The notes below the pieces were generated by a model that saw nothing but the letters and a program-made list of their open reading frames with translations, was not told the DNA's origin and made no database searches. A stretch of DNA of 64,000 nucleotides from NCBI GenBank assembly GCA_017409265.1, contig JAFQSY010000089.1, forward strand, positions 5,128 to 69,127. The letters are read 5' to 3'. Numbering within the stretch: the first letter of the stretch is position 1; the number at the start of each line of letters is the position of its first letter. Origin of the DNA: Clostridia bacterium (GTDB lineage: Bacteria > Bacillota > Clostridia > Oscillospirales > Acutalibacteraceae). Of the stretch, positions 39,420-50,989 are shown piece after piece. A program made the position numbers and the translations under genes.

Positions 39420-40841
39420 TTAACAAAGCTCTCCGCGAAGAATCCATGTTAAAGATTCAGTTACCTTTACTTTGCGGAATGAGCCGATAACTGATTTATC
39501 GGCGGGAAATTCAATGATAATGTTTCCGCCCGTTCTGCCTTCAATCAAGCCGCCCTTGCTGACGCTTTCACAAAGCACACGGTAGGTTTTACCGACCATT
39601 GAAGCAGTGCGGACAGCTGCAATCTTTTCCTGCGTATCAAGCAATTCTTTAAACCATTTTCCCTTTTCTTCTCTTGAAACGGGGTCGGGCATTTTTGAAG
39701 CCACGGTTCCCTCTCGTGATGAAAAAATGAAAGTATACATCGAAGTAAACTTTGCTTCTTCAACCATCGAAACAGTTTCGCAAAATTCTTCGTAAGTTTC
39801 CCCGGGAAAACCAACAATGACATCGCTCGTTACCGAAAGTTCGGGCATAACGGAATAAGCATAGCGAAGCAGGTCAAGATATTTTTCTCTTGTATATCTT
39901 CTGTTCATCGCATCAAGCACTCTGTTACTGCCGCTCTGGAACGGAAGATGAAGATGCTTTGCAACCTTTTCGCATTCTGCCATTGTATCGAGCAATTCAT
40001 AAGTGCAGTCTTTCGGGTGTGAGGTCATAAAACGAATTATGAAATCACCCTCAATTGCATTCAGCTCTTTTAATAGTGATGCAAAGTTCATGCCGTAATC
40101 GGGATGCTTACCGTATGAATTGACATTCTGACCGAGAAGGGTAATTTCTTTATATCCCTGTGCAACAAGCTCTTTTGCCTCAGCAATTATCATCTGCGGG
40201 TCACGGCTTCTTTCTCTGCCTCTGACATAAGGAACTATGCAATAAGTGCAGAAATTGTTGCAGCCGTACATAATGGGAATCCATGCCTTGAAATCGCTGT
40301 CACGGTGAACGGGAAGCTCTTCGCAGATTACGCCGTCATGCTCGGGAAGTTCATAAACCTTTTTGCCATTTGAAAGGCTTGTATATAAAAACTCGGGAAG
40401 TCTGTGGATAACGTGAGTGCCGAAAACAATATCAACAAACGGATAGCTCTTTCTTATTTTCTGCGCTACCCTCTCCTGCTGCATCATACATCCGCAGAGA
40501 AGAATTTTCATTTCTTTGTTTGCCGTTTTCATCGGCTTCAATGCACCGACGTTGCCGAAAACTCTGTCCTCCGCATGCTCACGGATTGCGCATGTATTGT
40601 AAAGCACCAAATCTGCGCCGTTAAGCTCATCAGTCATTTCATAGCCCATCTGCTCAAGCATTCCCTTGAGCCTTTCGCCGTCGGAAACATTCCCCTGACA
40701 GCCGTAGGTATGAACAAAAGCTTTGGGCGCTTCTACATATCGCTGTTCAACGATGCTTCTGACAAACTGTATATATTCTTTTTGCCTGATTATTTCCTCT
40801 TCGGGAACGGCAACAGATTTTTTATCGGTATTGACCGTCAA
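39420..40841 (-). CDS. miaB: tRNA methylthiotransferase MiaB
   Basis: TYGCQ, NTCAIRE, GCNNFCTYCIVP, IVGFPGET, TRAM domain. Confidence 0.93.
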   Translation of the reverse strand: MTVNTDKKSVAVPEEEIIRQKEYIQFVRSIVEQRYVEAPKAFVHTYGCQGNVSDGERLKGMLEQMGYEMTDELNGADLVLYNTCAIREHAEDRVFGNVGALKPMKTANKEMKILLCGCMMQQERVAQKIRKSYPFVDIVFGTHVIHRLPEFLYTSLSNGKKVYELPEHDGVICEELPVHRDSDFKAWIPIMYGCNNFCTYCIVPYVRGRERSRDPQMIIAEAKELVAQGYKEITLLGQNVNSYGKHPDYGMNFASLLKELNAIEGDFIIRFMTSHPKDCTYELLDTMAECEKVAKHLHLPFQSGSNRVLDAMNRRYTREKYLDLLRYAYSVMPELSVTSDVIVGFPGETYEEFCETVSMVEEAKFTSMYTFIFSSREGTVASKMPDPVSREEKGKWFKELLDTQEKIAAVRTASMVGKTYRVLCESVSKGGLIEGRTGGNIIIEFPADKSVIGSFRKVKVTESLTWILRGELC

Positions 40842-40895
40842 GCATACTCCTCCATATTATTATAAAATAATTAATTTATATTATATAATAAAGAA

Positions 40896-40928
40896 TCGGA
40901 TTATTCAAGCATAAATTGAATAATCCGA
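40896..40928. terminator. Hairpin between DUF3006 gene and miaB
   Basis: 13-bp perfect stem TCGGATTATTCAA/TTGAATAATCCGA. Confidence 0.6.
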
Positions 40929-40962
40929 CACATTTTTTGAAATATTTTCAGTTTGTTAAAAT

Positions 40963-41181
40963 TTATTCATCAAAAAGGCTTTCCGCAAGCTCAAAATTCG
41001 CATTTCTGCGTCTGATTTCCTCTTCTTCATCAACGGCATACCAATCATCTTCGGTTTCTTTTATTATGCTGCCCTCGGTGTAGCTGCCGATTATGTGGTC
41101 TGTTGAGAGAAGTAGGATTTCGTCATCATCGCCTATACAGACCGCAACCTTTTCTTCAATTCTGTCAATGCTGTAGAACAT
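40963..41181 (-). CDS. DUF3006 domain protein
   Basis: MFYSIDRIEEKVAV...EG...LF; start reassigned after GAGGTG; usual partner of ComEC-like genes. Confidence 0.75.
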   Translation of the reverse strand: MFYSIDRIEEKVAVCIGDDDEILLLSTDHIIGSYTEGSIIKETEDDWYAVDEEEEIRRRNANFELAESLFDE

Positions 41182-41191
41182 AATTTTCACC

Positions 41192-42169
41192 TCATTGGTT
41201 TTCATAGCTGACATTGAGATCATTTCCGTCACATGTGATAACAATATCTCCGCACAAATCTGTGCGATATATTTCATCGGCATAGCTTTCCAGACGTTCA
41301 ACTATGTTTTCGTGAGGATGACCGTAATCATTGTCCGCGCCGACCTGAATAACGCAGATTTCGGGCGAAACAGCATCAAGGAAATCAACGCCCGAGGATG
41401 TACCCGAGCCGTGATGACCTACTTTCAGTACATCACAGTCAAGATCAGCACCGGTTGCGATTATTTCTCTTTCTTCTTCCTTTTCGGCATCGCCCGTAAA
41501 AAGGAAGATATTTTCGCCGTAAGTCATTTTAACAACAACAGACATATTGTTGATATCCTCGGCATCGTCCGTTACGGGTCCGAGAATTTCAAAAGAAGCA
41601 CTGCCGAGAGTATATGTTGCGCCAACCTTTGAGGCAATAACCTTTGCTCCCGAATTCTGAACGGATTTCAGGAATGCGGTGTAAGTGCTGTTGGTCGGAG
41701 TCTGTTCCTTTGTAAGCCTCGGCATAATTATATTATCCGTACCGATTTCATCAAGCACCTCGGAAAGTCCGCCGATATGGTCTGAATGCTGATGTGATGC
41801 AATGATATAATCAAGCTTTTCGATTCCGTGCGTACGCAGATAATTGAGCACATCAATCTCGTGACCGTTTTCGCCCGCATCAATAAGCATGCTTTGACCG
41901 TCACAGATAATCAGAGAGCTGTCACCCTGACCGACATCGATATAATGCACCTCGAAAGCGGAGTCGGTTTGCTCATATACAGGAAATATTTCAGAAAAAA
42001 ACACAGGCAATTCATCCGAGAATCCGAACGCCGCTGCTATAACCGAAATAACAACAACCGCAACGAGATAAATGATTTTTTTGTATTTCCGGAACTTGGT
42101 CTTCTTATCTTCTTCTGTTACTTCTTGCATTCTTTTCATATTTTCCCTGTCTTGCATTTCTGCTGTCAT
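41192..42169 (-). CDS. ComEC/Rec2-like MBL-fold metallo-hydrolase
   Basis: [35 protein letters not shown]; start may be at 42139. Confidence 0.88.
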   Translation of the reverse strand: MTAEMQDRENMKRMQEVTEEDKKTKFRKYKKIIYLVAVVVISVIAAAFGFSDELPVFFSEIFPVYEQTDSAFEVHYIDVGQGDSSLIICDGQSMLIDAGENGHEIDVLNYLRTHGIEKLDYIIASHQHSDHIGGLSEVLDEIGTDNIIMPRLTKEQTPTNSTYTAFLKSVQNSGAKVIASKVGATYTLGSASFEILGPVTDDAEDINNMSVVVKMTYGENIFLFTGDAEKEEEREIIATGADLDCDVLKVGHHGSGTSSGVDFLDAVSPEICVIQVGADNDYGHPHENIVERLESYADEIYRTDLCGDIVITCDGNDLNVSYENQ

Positions 42170-43988
42170 TCCTTTCTCTGCCGAAAGACGGCTGCGGTTT
42201 TTTCGGAGCTACAAGACATTTATCGCCGTAACCGATAAGATCATGCCTGCCTGCTTTTCTCAAAGCTTCACGCACAAGGTCAGCATTTTTCGGATTAAAA
42301 TATTGCAGAAGCGCCCTTTGCATTGCCTTTTCGTGCGGGTCTTTTGCAACATAAACATCTTTCATTGTGTAAGGGTCAATACCCGAATAGAACATACACG
42401 TCGAAACAGTTCCGGGGGTCGGATAAAAATCCTGCACCTGCTCGGGTCTTATCCCGATTTTTTTTAGAAAAAGAGCAAGCTCAACAGCATCCTTCATCGT
42501 GCTTCCCGGATGCGATGACATAAGATAGGGCACAAGATACTGTTCCTTACCCTCTTTCTTGCTGTATTTGAAATATCTCTTTGAAAATTCGATATAAGCT
42601 TCAATATGAGGCTTGCCCATTTTATCAAGCACAGCCGCAGAACAATGCTCGGGGGCAACTTTAAGCTGACCGCTGACATGATGCGCAACAAGCTCTCTGA
42701 AAAATGCATCGTTTTTATCCTGAAGCATGTAATCATATCTTATGCCAGAACGGATAAAAACTTTTTTCACCTTTGGAAGAGAACGCACGGTTCTCAAAAT
42801 ATCAAGATACTCTTCATGGTTTGATTTGAGATTGTGGCATACAGTCGGTGCAAGGCATTTTTTCCCTTTGCAAAGCCCTCTCTTCTCCTGACCATCGCAT
42901 GAAGGACGGCGGAAATTTGCAGTCGGTCCGCCGATATCGTGAATGTAACCCTTAAAATCGGGCAATGAAGTCAGAAGCTTTGCCTCATTGACAATCGAAC
43001 CCTTGCTTCTTGCGGTTATATATCTTCCCTGATGGAATGCAAGCGAGCAGAAATTACAGCCTCCGAAGCAACCTCTGTTATGCGCAATTGAGAAACGCAC
43101 TTCTTCAATTCCCGGCACTCCGCCCTCGGCTTCATACATGGGATGATAGGTGCGCATAAACGGCAAAGAATATACTTTGTCAAGCTCTTCCTGCGAAAGC
43201 GGAAATGCAGGCTGATTCTGCACAAGCATTCGGCTGCCATGCCTTTGTTTTACTGCTCTGCCTCTGAAAAAATCCTGCTCATCCTGCTGAATACGGCATG
43301 ATACAGCATACTCTTTTTTTGAGTTGCAGACATTCTCAAATGACGGACATTCCGTGCCGTAATAAGGAGTTTCACGCACATCAACGCTATAACAAGTTCC
43401 TCTGATATCACGGATATCGGAAATGTTTTCGCCTTCATCAAGCCTTTTCGCAATTTCAACAATTGAGCGTTCGCCCATGCCAAATGAAAGCAAGTCCGCC
43501 TGAGCATCGAGAAGAATTGAACGGCGTATTTTATCGTCCCAATAATCATAGTGCGCAAAACGACGCAGAGATGCCTCAAGGCCACCGATAATGATGGGAA
43601 TATCGCCGTAAATCTCTCTGATTTTATTGCAATATACGATGACAGCCCTGTCGGGTCTTAAGCCGAATTTGCCGCCGGGACTGTAATAATCCGAGCTGCG
43701 TTTTTTCTTTGCGGCGGTATAATGTGCAACCATTGAGTCAATGTTGCCGCTACTGACAAGAAATCCGAGTCTGGGTCTGCCGAAACGCTCAAAATCTTTG
43801 TTACTGCGCCAATCAGGCTGTGCAAGAAACGCAACCTTGAATCCCGCATTTTCAAGCACTCTTGTAATAATAGACGCACCGAAAGCGGGATGGTCGACAT
43901 AAGCATCGCCGCTGACATAAACAAAATCTGCTTGTTCCCATCCTCTTGCGGTCATATCCTCTTTTGTAACGGGTAAAAATCCGTTCAT
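42105..43988 (-). CDS. YgiQ family radical SAM protein (UPF0313)
   Basis: [26 protein letters not shown]; start reassigned to MNGFLP. Confidence 0.9.
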   Translation of the reverse strand: MNGFLPVTKEDMTARGWEQADFVYVSGDAYVDHPAFGASIITRVLENAGFKVAFLAQPDWRSNKDFERFGRPRLGFLVSSGNIDSMVAHYTAAKKKRSSDYYSPGGKFGLRPDRAVIVYCNKIREIYGDIPIIIGGLEASLRRFAHYDYWDDKIRRSILLDAQADLLSFGMGERSIVEIAKRLDEGENISDIRDIRGTCYSVDVRETPYYGTECPSFENVCNSKKEYAVSCRIQQDEQDFFRGRAVKQRHGSRMLVQNQPAFPLSQEELDKVYSLPFMRTYHPMYEAEGGVPGIEEVRFSIAHNRGCFGGCNFCSLAFHQGRYITARSKGSIVNEAKLLTSLPDFKGYIHDIGGPTANFRRPSCDGQEKRGLCKGKKCLAPTVCHNLKSNHEEYLDILRTVRSLPKVKKVFIRSGIRYDYMLQDKNDAFFRELVAHHVSGQLKVAPEHCSAAVLDKMGKPHIEAYIEFSKRYFKYSKKEGKEQYLVPYLMSSHPGSTMKDAVELALFLKKIGIRPEQVQDFYPTPGTVSTCMFYSGIDPYTMKDVYVAKDPHEKAMQRALLQYFNPKNADLVREALRKAGRHDLIGYGDKCLVAPKKPQPSFGRERNDSRNARQGKYEKNARSNRRR

Positions 43989-43989
43989 A

Positions 43990-46539
43990 TTATTCAAAAT
44001 CATCCTCCGCGCCTGCGAAATCGTCATCATCCGCAAAAACGTCGTCAATATTGGGTGCACCTGCGCCATCGGCAAGCGCCTGCATCTCATACCATTGCTG
44101 TTTTGAGATAAGAACAGCTCTTGGCTTTGCACCCTCTGAAGGGCCGACTATGCCCTTTTCCTCAAGCTGATCCATAACTCTCGATGCCCTTGCATAGCCG
44201 AGCTTAAGCTTTTTCTGAAGCATGGTTGTCGATGCACCGCCTGCATTAACAACTACCTCAATCGCATCATTGAGCATGGGATCCCAATCGCCCTCTTCAT
44301 CGTCACCGCCGATATCCTTCTTCTTTGCATTTTCAGCGGCAGCTGCCTTTGCCTCAATTTCATGCATAGTATCTTCGTTATATGTTGTCTGTGCTTGTGA
44401 TTTAATGTGATTTACAACACTCTCAACCTCGGCGTCAGAGATAAAGCATCCCTGAACACGGGTGGGTTTTGATGCACCGACAGGATTAAAGAGCATATCA
44501 CCGTTACCAAGAAGCTTTTCTGCACCTACGGAGTCAAGTATAGTTCTTGAGTCAACCTGCGACGAAACCGAAAGCGCAATACGGCTCGGGATATTTGCCT
44601 TAATGATACCCGTAATAACGTCAACGGACGGACGCTGAGTTGCGATAACAAGGTGGATACCTGCTGCACGAGCCATCTGCGCAAGACGGCAGATTGAATC
44701 TTCAACCTCTTTGGGAGATACCATCATAAGATCTGAAAGCTCGTCGATAAAAATAACAATCTGATGCATTTTAACAAGGTCATCCCTTGTTTCGCAAAGC
44801 TTATTGAATCCCTTGATATCTCTTACGCCGTTTTCTGAAAACTGCTTATATCTCTTTTCCATTTCACCAACCGCCCATCCGAGAGCACCTGCCGCTTTTC
44901 TGGGATTGGAAACAACCGGAACTTCAAGATGAGCAATGCCGTTATAAATTGTGAACTCAACCATTTTCGGGTCAATCATAAGAAGCTTGACCTCATCGGG
45001 CTTTGCATTATAGAGAATACTGACAATCATCGAATTAAGGCAGACAGATTTACCCGAACCTGTTGTACCTGCAACGAGAAGATGAGGCATCTTTGCAAGG
45101 TCAGCACAGATAATATTACCTGTGATATCCTTACCGAGAGCAACGTTAAGCTTGCTCTTTGCATCTCTGAATTGAGGAGTATCAATGATTTCTCGCATTG
45201 TAACCATAGACTTTGCGCTGTTGGGAATTTCAATGCCAATTGCAGCTTTTCCGGGAATCGGAGCTTCAATTCTGACACTTGTTGCAGCAAGTCGCAGTGC
45301 TATATCATCGGCAAGAGTGGTAATTTTATTTATTCTGACACCTGCCTCGGGCACAAGTTCATATCTTGTAACTGAAGGACCTCTGCATATATTGGTGACT
45401 TCAGCTTTAATTTTAAAGCTTTCAAGCGTTGTGACAAGCTTCTGCGCACCTATCTGCATTTCCATCATGTTATCGCCCGTACCCTCTTTTTCAACAAGGT
45501 TAAGACAATCAACAGGCGGAAAAACATAATCCGGCTGTTCGATTTCTTCTTCGGGAAGAATTTCAACGGGTATTTCTTCAATCGGGTCGCCGTCAGGCAT
45601 TGCAGGCGCAGCTTTTCTGCGTTTTTTCTTTTCCTGCTTAACAGCTTCGTCAATCGTATCTTCAATAATCGTTGTCGAAGTTGAATCGGGAAGCTTGACA
45701 ACAGGGATTTCTGGCATGGGAGGCTCTTCAACGGGAGCAAAGGTTGACTCATCCGTGATGAAGTTATCCTCAAATTTTTCAACCGCAACTGTGGGTTGCT
45801 TTGGAGGATTGAAGGCTTTTTTGTTTTTCTCCTTTTCTTTCTCTTCCTCTTCTCTTTCTCTCTCAAGCTGCTCACGGCGCTGTGCAGTCTGCTCAATCTT
45901 TTCATTGGCAATTTCGCTGACACGGTTTACAGGCTTTCTCAACGCATTGAAAAGACCGGGAAGAGTTGTTCCCGTGAGGAACATCGTAATAACAATCAGA
46001 AGAATAACAAGCGTTATTCCTGCGCCAACCTTACCGAAAAGTCTTGCTATAAGTCCGCCAACGATCGCACCGATAACGCCGCCGCTTGCAAGCGACGGAG
46101 CTTTGCTCCAGACATCGGAAATCTGTTCGATAAGCTGTGACGTGCTCAGATAATCAGCGGTATTTGCAAAAATATGTATCGCTCCGCTGAGCAGAGCAAC
46201 AAAAATTCCTGCCGCTGTAAGATTTGCAGCTACACTGCCGAGAGTTTTATCCTTTGCAAGAACAACAGCAAGATAAATCAGCGCTACAGGAATAACATAA
46301 ACGCAGAATCCGAATATTCCGAAAAGACCGTTATGCATTACAAGCCACGCGCTTTCACCCTTTATAAATACAACAAAAAGCAGGAATGCCGCAACAGCCA
46401 TCATAATGATGGCAGATTTCTGTCTTTTGACTGCAACGGGGATTTCCGGTTTTGCGCTCTCTTTCTTTTTTGGAGTTGGCTTTTTGGCTGCGGAAGAGCT
46501 TTTTTTGCCTGATGTTTTTTTGTTTTGCGTAGCCGGCAT
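43990..46539 (-). CDS. ftsK: DNA translocase FtsK/SpoIIIE
   Basis: 4-TM N-terminus, [23 protein letters not shown], gamma domain LGYARA. Confidence 0.95.
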   Translation of the reverse strand: MPATQNKKTSGKKSSSAAKKPTPKKKESAKPEIPVAVKRQKSAIIMMAVAAFLLFVVFIKGESAWLVMHNGLFGIFGFCVYVIPVALIYLAVVLAKDKTLGSVAANLTAAGIFVALLSGAIHIFANTADYLSTSQLIEQISDVWSKAPSLASGGVIGAIVGGLIARLFGKVGAGITLVILLIVITMFLTGTTLPGLFNALRKPVNRVSEIANEKIEQTAQRREQLEREREEEEKEKEKNKKAFNPPKQPTVAVEKFEDNFITDESTFAPVEEPPMPEIPVVKLPDSTSTTIIEDTIDEAVKQEKKKRRKAAPAMPDGDPIEEIPVEILPEEEIEQPDYVFPPVDCLNLVEKEGTGDNMMEMQIGAQKLVTTLESFKIKAEVTNICRGPSVTRYELVPEAGVRINKITTLADDIALRLAATSVRIEAPIPGKAAIGIEIPNSAKSMVTMREIIDTPQFRDAKSKLNVALGKDITGNIICADLAKMPHLLVAGTTGSGKSVCLNSMIVSILYNAKPDEVKLLMIDPKMVEFTIYNGIAHLEVPVVSNPRKAAGALGWAVGEMEKRYKQFSENGVRDIKGFNKLCETRDDLVKMHQIVIFIDELSDLMMVSPKEVEDSICRLAQMARAAGIHLVIATQRPSVDVITGIIKANIPSRIALSVSSQVDSRTILDSVGAEKLLGNGDMLFNPVGASKPTRVQGCFISDAEVESVVNHIKSQAQTTYNEDTMHEIEAKAAAAENAKKKDIGGDDEEGDWDPMLNDAIEVVVNAGGASTTMLQKKLKLGYARASRVMDQLEEKGIVGPSEGAKPRAVLISKQQWYEMQALADGAGAPNIDDVFADDDDFAGAEDDFE

Positions 46540-46544
46540 TTTAT

Positions 46545-47333
46545 TCATCCTTTCGAGGTATCAATATCAAAATTATCTCGGTTGTTTTTATTTTCGTTAA
46601 TCATTTCATAAAGACAAGTAAGAGCATCGGAGAGACTGCCGAGCGAATCAATAAGCCCTTCATTAACAGCCGCTTCGCCACTCAAAACAGTTCCCACATC
46701 CATAACAAGCTCGCCTGTTGCAAGCATCATTTCGCGAAATCTGTCAGGTGAAATATCAGAATTATCTGAAACAAAGCGTACTATTCTCTCCTGCATCTGT
46801 TCAAAATATGAAAGTGTCTGCGGCACTCCGAGAACAAGGCCGTTCATTCTTACGGGGTGAATGGTCATTGTCGCTGACGGAGTGATAAATGAACGATCGG
46901 TTGAAACAGCAAGCGGAACACCGATTGAATGGCCGCCGCCGAGGACAAGAGAAACAGTCGGTGTTTTCATTCCCGAAACAAGTTCGGCAATGGCAAGACC
47001 AGCTTCAATATCGCCGCCGACGGTGTTGAGAATCATAATCAGACCGTCAACCTCATCACTCTCTTCAATTGCGACAAGCTGCGGTATAACATGCTCATAT
47101 TTTGTTGTTTTATTTTGTGCAGGCAGAATATAATGACCTTCAATCTGACCGATAACGGTAAGACAATGAATCAGATGCTCGCCTTTTTTTACGGTTATTG
47201 AGCCCGACTCAATTATGCTGTTAAGAGCCGAAGAATCATCGCTCTGCGAATTTTCACCGCTGCTTAAATCGGGTGACTGCCACGGAGGCGAAGGAAGAAA
47301 AAAATTATCTCTTTTATTTTTATTGTTTTTCAT
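46545..47333 (-). CDS. tepA: ClpP-like translocation-enhancing protein TepA
   Basis: KTTKYEHVIP, LNTVGGDIEAGLAIAE, GGGHSIGVP; immediately upstream of ftsK. Confidence 0.85.
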   Translation of the reverse strand: MKNNKNKRDNFFLPSPPWQSPDLSSGENSQSDDSSALNSIIESGSITVKKGEHLIHCLTVIGQIEGHYILPAQNKTTKYEHVIPQLVAIEESDEVDGLIMILNTVGGDIEAGLAIAELVSGMKTPTVSLVLGGGHSIGVPLAVSTDRSFITPSATMTIHPVRMNGLVLGVPQTLSYFEQMQERIVRFVSDNSDISPDRFREMMLATGELVMDVGTVLSGEAAVNEGLIDSLGSLSDALTCLYEMINENKNNRDNFDIDTSKG

Positions 47334-47515
47334 ATGAATTACGCCCTTTCTGATGAATACACACAAATATCATTCCTCAAAAGGTGCGCATTAAACACAA
47401 TACCCGATTTTAGTTATTATAACATTATCTGCCCTTTATTGCAAGAAAAAACTCAATATTTTGTGGATTAAACAGTAAAAAACAAAAAAGGCAGGTAAAA
47501 CCCGCCTTAATTATT

Positions 47516-48307
47516 TTACAAAGCTACCGCAAGCTGTGAAATTCCATTATAAACATTAAGAATAATAAGTAAAATCATAACTGAAACAAAGATTTTTCTT
47601 ATCAGCTTATCATCAAATTTCCTGTTGAATTTTGAACCGATTATTCCGCCGAGAATTGCCGCAGGAAGAATAAAAATCAAAGTTTGCCATTGATGCGCAT
47701 AGGGCTCAATTCCCGAAGAAGCAAAAATCGTTATCAGCTTCGACAGCTGCGAAAAGAAGATAATTGCAACGGAATAAACTGCCGATTCTTTGACATTCAT
47801 TGAGAAAAACAGTGTCAGCACGGCAACATTTATCGGTCCTCCGCCGATGCCGAGAAAGGATGCAACAAAGCCAAGCGTCAAGCCAACAAATATTATTACA
47901 AAATTATTCTTTACATGAAACGATTTTCTTTCTTTTGCAACATAAAAACAAACCGCCGCAAGCAAAATTGCAAGCACAAATGCCTGAATACTTCTTATTA
48001 TTCCCTGCTCGGTAATGCTGCTTAACAAATCCATGCAGTAGCCGCCGAGAAAACCGCCTGCAATTGAGCCGAGAGCAATGAAAACAATGATATTCTTTTG
48101 AAAGCTTACCTTATTTTTTATCTGCTTTCCCGTTGAAACAATTGACATTGTGAAAACGGCAACTGCCGAAAGAAAATCAACCTGCATTCTCGGCTCTGCA
48201 CCGATAAAATCAAGAACCGGCTTGATAATAACCCCTCCGCCTAATCCCACAAAGGCGCCGAGGGTTGTTGCTGCAAGAATGACAAACGAATAGATTGCAA
48301 TCAGCAT
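47516..48307 (-). CDS. TauE/SafE family membrane exporter
   Basis: GLGGGVIIKP and GIGGGPINV repeats. Confidence 0.85.
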   Translation of the reverse strand: MLIAIYSFVILAATTLGAFVGLGGGVIIKPVLDFIGAEPRMQVDFLSAVAVFTMSIVSTGKQIKNKVSFQKNIIVFIALGSIAGGFLGGYCMDLLSSITEQGIIRSIQAFVLAILLAAVCFYVAKERKSFHVKNNFVIIFVGLTLGFVASFLGIGGGPINVAVLTLFFSMNVKESAVYSVAIIFFSQLSKLITIFASSGIEPYAHQWQTLIFILPAAILGGIIGSKFNRKFDDKLIRKIFVSVMILLIILNVYNGISQLAVAL

Positions 48308-49740
48308 CAGAATCTCTTAACCATATCTTCAAAAGCATCTGCAATTGATTTCTGGGCACCGATACCCATTGAATTTGTTTCATGATAATGGTTGAGATCA
48401 AACTTATCTTTATAGCCGTTAAGATACGGCTGTGTGGGGTTAAGAATGAAATCGTTGGGCGGCACAACATAGCCGCTCATGTCGTTTGAAACACCAAAAA
48501 CAATCATATCGGGCTCGCCTGCAATTTCCGCAAGAGGAGTGGGGTTGATTTCGCCTCCCTTGCCTGTAGGCGATGTTTCGGCTGTCTTATAACCACCGTA
48601 AACGGTTGAAACAAAGTTCTCACCGGGGAGAAGAAGAACCTTCTTGCCGCCAATTGACATATAGGTCATTTCGGTCATCATCGCTATTCCGATATCGCTC
48701 TCATCACTGGGATAAGCATTAAAGCTCATTACATGGCGCATTGCAAGAAGAGTGAGAACATAGTTGCCGACCGGAAGATAGAACGGCTGCTGCATAATCT
48801 TCATTTCAGGGTTGAGCTCTTTATCGTTATCAATTTTAAGTGCCGCATCGGCAATCATCTTTGCCTGAAGCTTGATGCAGTTGACATTATCCTCGCTGTC
48901 AAGCTCCGCAGCATCCATTGCGCCGATTGCGCCGATACCGAAAAGAACGTTTGCACCGTTTTCTTTTGCAATCTGCTCACGCATGAAGTAGGGATATTCG
49001 CCACTTAACATGCGATTTGAGCCACCGAGTGAGTTGGGGTGAGCGCCGAAATTCATAATCCATGTTTCGTTTGTACCGTCATCGGGAACAAAACGGAATC
49101 TTGAAAGAACTTCATGCTTATCTGTAAATCCTCTTCGGGTGTAAAGGCCGTCTTTAATTGTTATATCGCCTATGTAAAGCTTACCGCTCTTGCGGTTTGC
49201 ATATGCCTCTTCCGCAACCTTTACCGCCTTATTCATCAGCATATCCATATATTCAGGGTCTTTACCGTCGGAAGGAATGCTGACAAGATTAGGCTTACCC
49301 CAATAGCCGAGAGTGTCAATACCCGAATGGCTGTGGGTACAGCTGAAATTGATGCACTTGCAGCCTTTGATTTTGGGAGATGCCATAATCATTGAACGGA
49401 TTTTATTGACTTCAACACGGGTCATGCCGACTATATCCGCACCGAGCCAGAGCATACCTTCATCGCCGCCGCAATCAAGCCATACAGCGCTGATATAAAC
49501 GGGAGAAAGCACACCCTCCATCTTATGTCCCGAGCCGTGACCTGCAATCCAATAAGTTTTGCCGCTGTCAAGATCGGGCATTATTTCATCGGTTGAAAAA
49601 CCTGCACGGTAGCCGCTGCCGCTGATTTCAACGGGAGTAACCTTTTCAATTTCTGGTGCAACCGAATTTTTCTTTACTTTTTTTCCGAAGCTTTTAGTTA
49701 TAGCAACTATGCCTTTTGAGGCAATATCCATAATATCCAT
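48307..49740 (-). CDS. Neutral/alkaline ceramidase-N-terminal-domain amidohydrolase-like protein
   Basis: CTHSHSG, NFGAHP, LPGE, GVSND..GY motifs. Confidence 0.6.
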   Translation of the reverse strand: MDIMDIASKGIVAITKSFGKKVKKNSVAPEIEKVTPVEISGSGYRAGFSTDEIMPDLDSGKTYWIAGHGSGHKMEGVLSPVYISAVWLDCGGDEGMLWLGADIVGMTRVEVNKIRSMIMASPKIKGCKCINFSCTHSHSGIDTLGYWGKPNLVSIPSDGKDPEYMDMLMNKAVKVAEEAYANRKSGKLYIGDITIKDGLYTRRGFTDKHEVLSRFRFVPDDGTNETWIMNFGAHPNSLGGSNRMLSGEYPYFMREQIAKENGANVLFGIGAIGAMDAAELDSEDNVNCIKLQAKMIADAALKIDNDKELNPEMKIMQQPFYLPVGNYVLTLLAMRHVMSFNAYPSDESDIGIAMMTEMTYMSIGGKKVLLLPGENFVSTVYGGYKTAETSPTGKGGEINPTPLAEIAGEPDMIVFGVSNDMSGYVVPPNDFILNPTQPYLNGYKDKFDLNHYHETNSMGIGAQKSIADAFEDMVKRF

Positions 49741-49754
49741 GTTTTTTAATCCTC

Positions 49755-50147
49755 TCAACCGTTTTTACCGAATCGGTAAATATTCTGTGATTCAATATCA
49801 AAAGTAGGCAAAATGACAGGCGGAAGCCCTGCGTTGACTGTCAGAGAGGAAATCATTGTTCTTGCATAAGGAAAAAGCTCCTTAAACGTCTGAACATGAA
49901 TGATTTCTTTCGCAATTTCGGGATCATATGTAAAGATCCCCTGAATAACCGCTTTGATATGAAATTTATCCTTGTTTGCCTTATCATTTACTTCAACGGT
50001 AAATTCACCGATACAGTTATTATTGTTTGAATACTTAACATTATATGAATACTTGTTTTCGAACTCTATCCGTGCGCCATTTTCATGTTTATTTACAAAT
50101 TCAATATTGGTTGCGCGGTACGCCCTGAATGTTACCTTTTTGCTCAT
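49755..50147 (-). CDS. SecB-like chaperone
   Basis: LFPYARTMISSLTVNAGLPPVILP. Confidence 0.75.
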   Translation of the reverse strand: MSKKVTFRAYRATNIEFVNKHENGARIEFENKYSYNVKYSNNNNCIGEFTVEVNDKANKDKFHIKAVIQGIFTYDPEIAKEIIHVQTFKELFPYARTMISSLTVNAGLPPVILPTFDIESQNIYRFGKNG

Positions 50148-50851
50148 TCAACAATCACCGCACTTTCGATAACGATGGGTTCAACAGGATCAGCAAGCTC
50201 ACCGATGCTGTTGTATCTTCTTTCAACCTCAAGGAAGGAGTCAACAACCTCCATACCTTCAACGACCTTGCCGAAAGCAGCATACTGACCGTCAAGGAAT
50301 GATGCATCGTCATAGCAAATAAAAAACTGCGATGATGCGGAATCATACATCTGCGAACGAGCCATTGAAATAACACCTCTTGTGTGGGAAAGGGTGTTTC
50401 TGTCAAAACCGTTAAGGGCAAATTCGCCTGTTATGGTTTCCTTACTGCCGCCATTGCCCGTACCTTCCGGGTCGCCTCCCTGCGCCATGAAGCCTTCAAC
50501 AACTCTGTGGAAGGTAAGACCGTCATAAAATCCCGTTGCAACAAGATTTTTAAAATTTTCAACGGTTTCGGGGGCATACTGCGGATAAAGCTCAACAATA
50601 AAACTGCCGCCATTTTCCATTGTAAATTTAACAGCTCCGCCGCTGATATCTTTTGAAGAATCGGATTCACCGTAATCAGAAACATTATCATCGGATGAAT
50701 TTGCGTTGCTTTCTTCGGAAATATAGTCACCCGGAGCATTTACATCGCTGTTATCATCGGTCTTTGAGGTTGTATATGTACCCTCCGAACATGCGCAGAG
50801 AACAAATAACATTGCCAATATAAGAGCTACTATTTTAAATGTATTTTTCAT
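50144..50851 (-). CDS. Cyclophilin lipoprotein
   Basis: Lipobox LCAC; FHRVVEGFMAQGGDP, ISMARS, SQFFI, YAAFG. Confidence 0.88.
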   Translation of the reverse strand: MKNTFKIVALILAMLFVLCACSEGTYTTSKTDDNSDVNAPGDYISEESNANSSDDNVSDYGESDSSKDISGGAVKFTMENGGSFIVELYPQYAPETVENFKNLVATGFYDGLTFHRVVEGFMAQGGDPEGTGNGGSKETITGEFALNGFDRNTLSHTRGVISMARSQMYDSASSQFFICYDDASFLDGQYAAFGKVVEGMEVVDSFLEVERRYNSIGELADPVEPIVIESAVIVE

Positions 50852-50957
50852 TGGAACACACTCTCCTATTTTAATTTACGGTTACATTATACAATTAAAC
50901 AAATTAAATATCAATATAAAAATCCGTTTGTTCATCAAAATTTTGCAAATAAAAAAA

Positions 50958-50979
50958 TCCGGAAGCAAAAGCTTCCGGA
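50958..50979 (-). terminator. Rho-independent terminator
   Basis: TCCGGAAGC/GCTTCCGGA stem with T-tract on the minus strand. Confidence 0.8.
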
Positions 50980-50989
50980 AAAAATAAAA

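Noticed and set aside
43989-44132. N-terminal extension of YgiQ overlapping ftsK
   Set aside because: Family similarity starts at MNGFLP, which has a GGAGG SD
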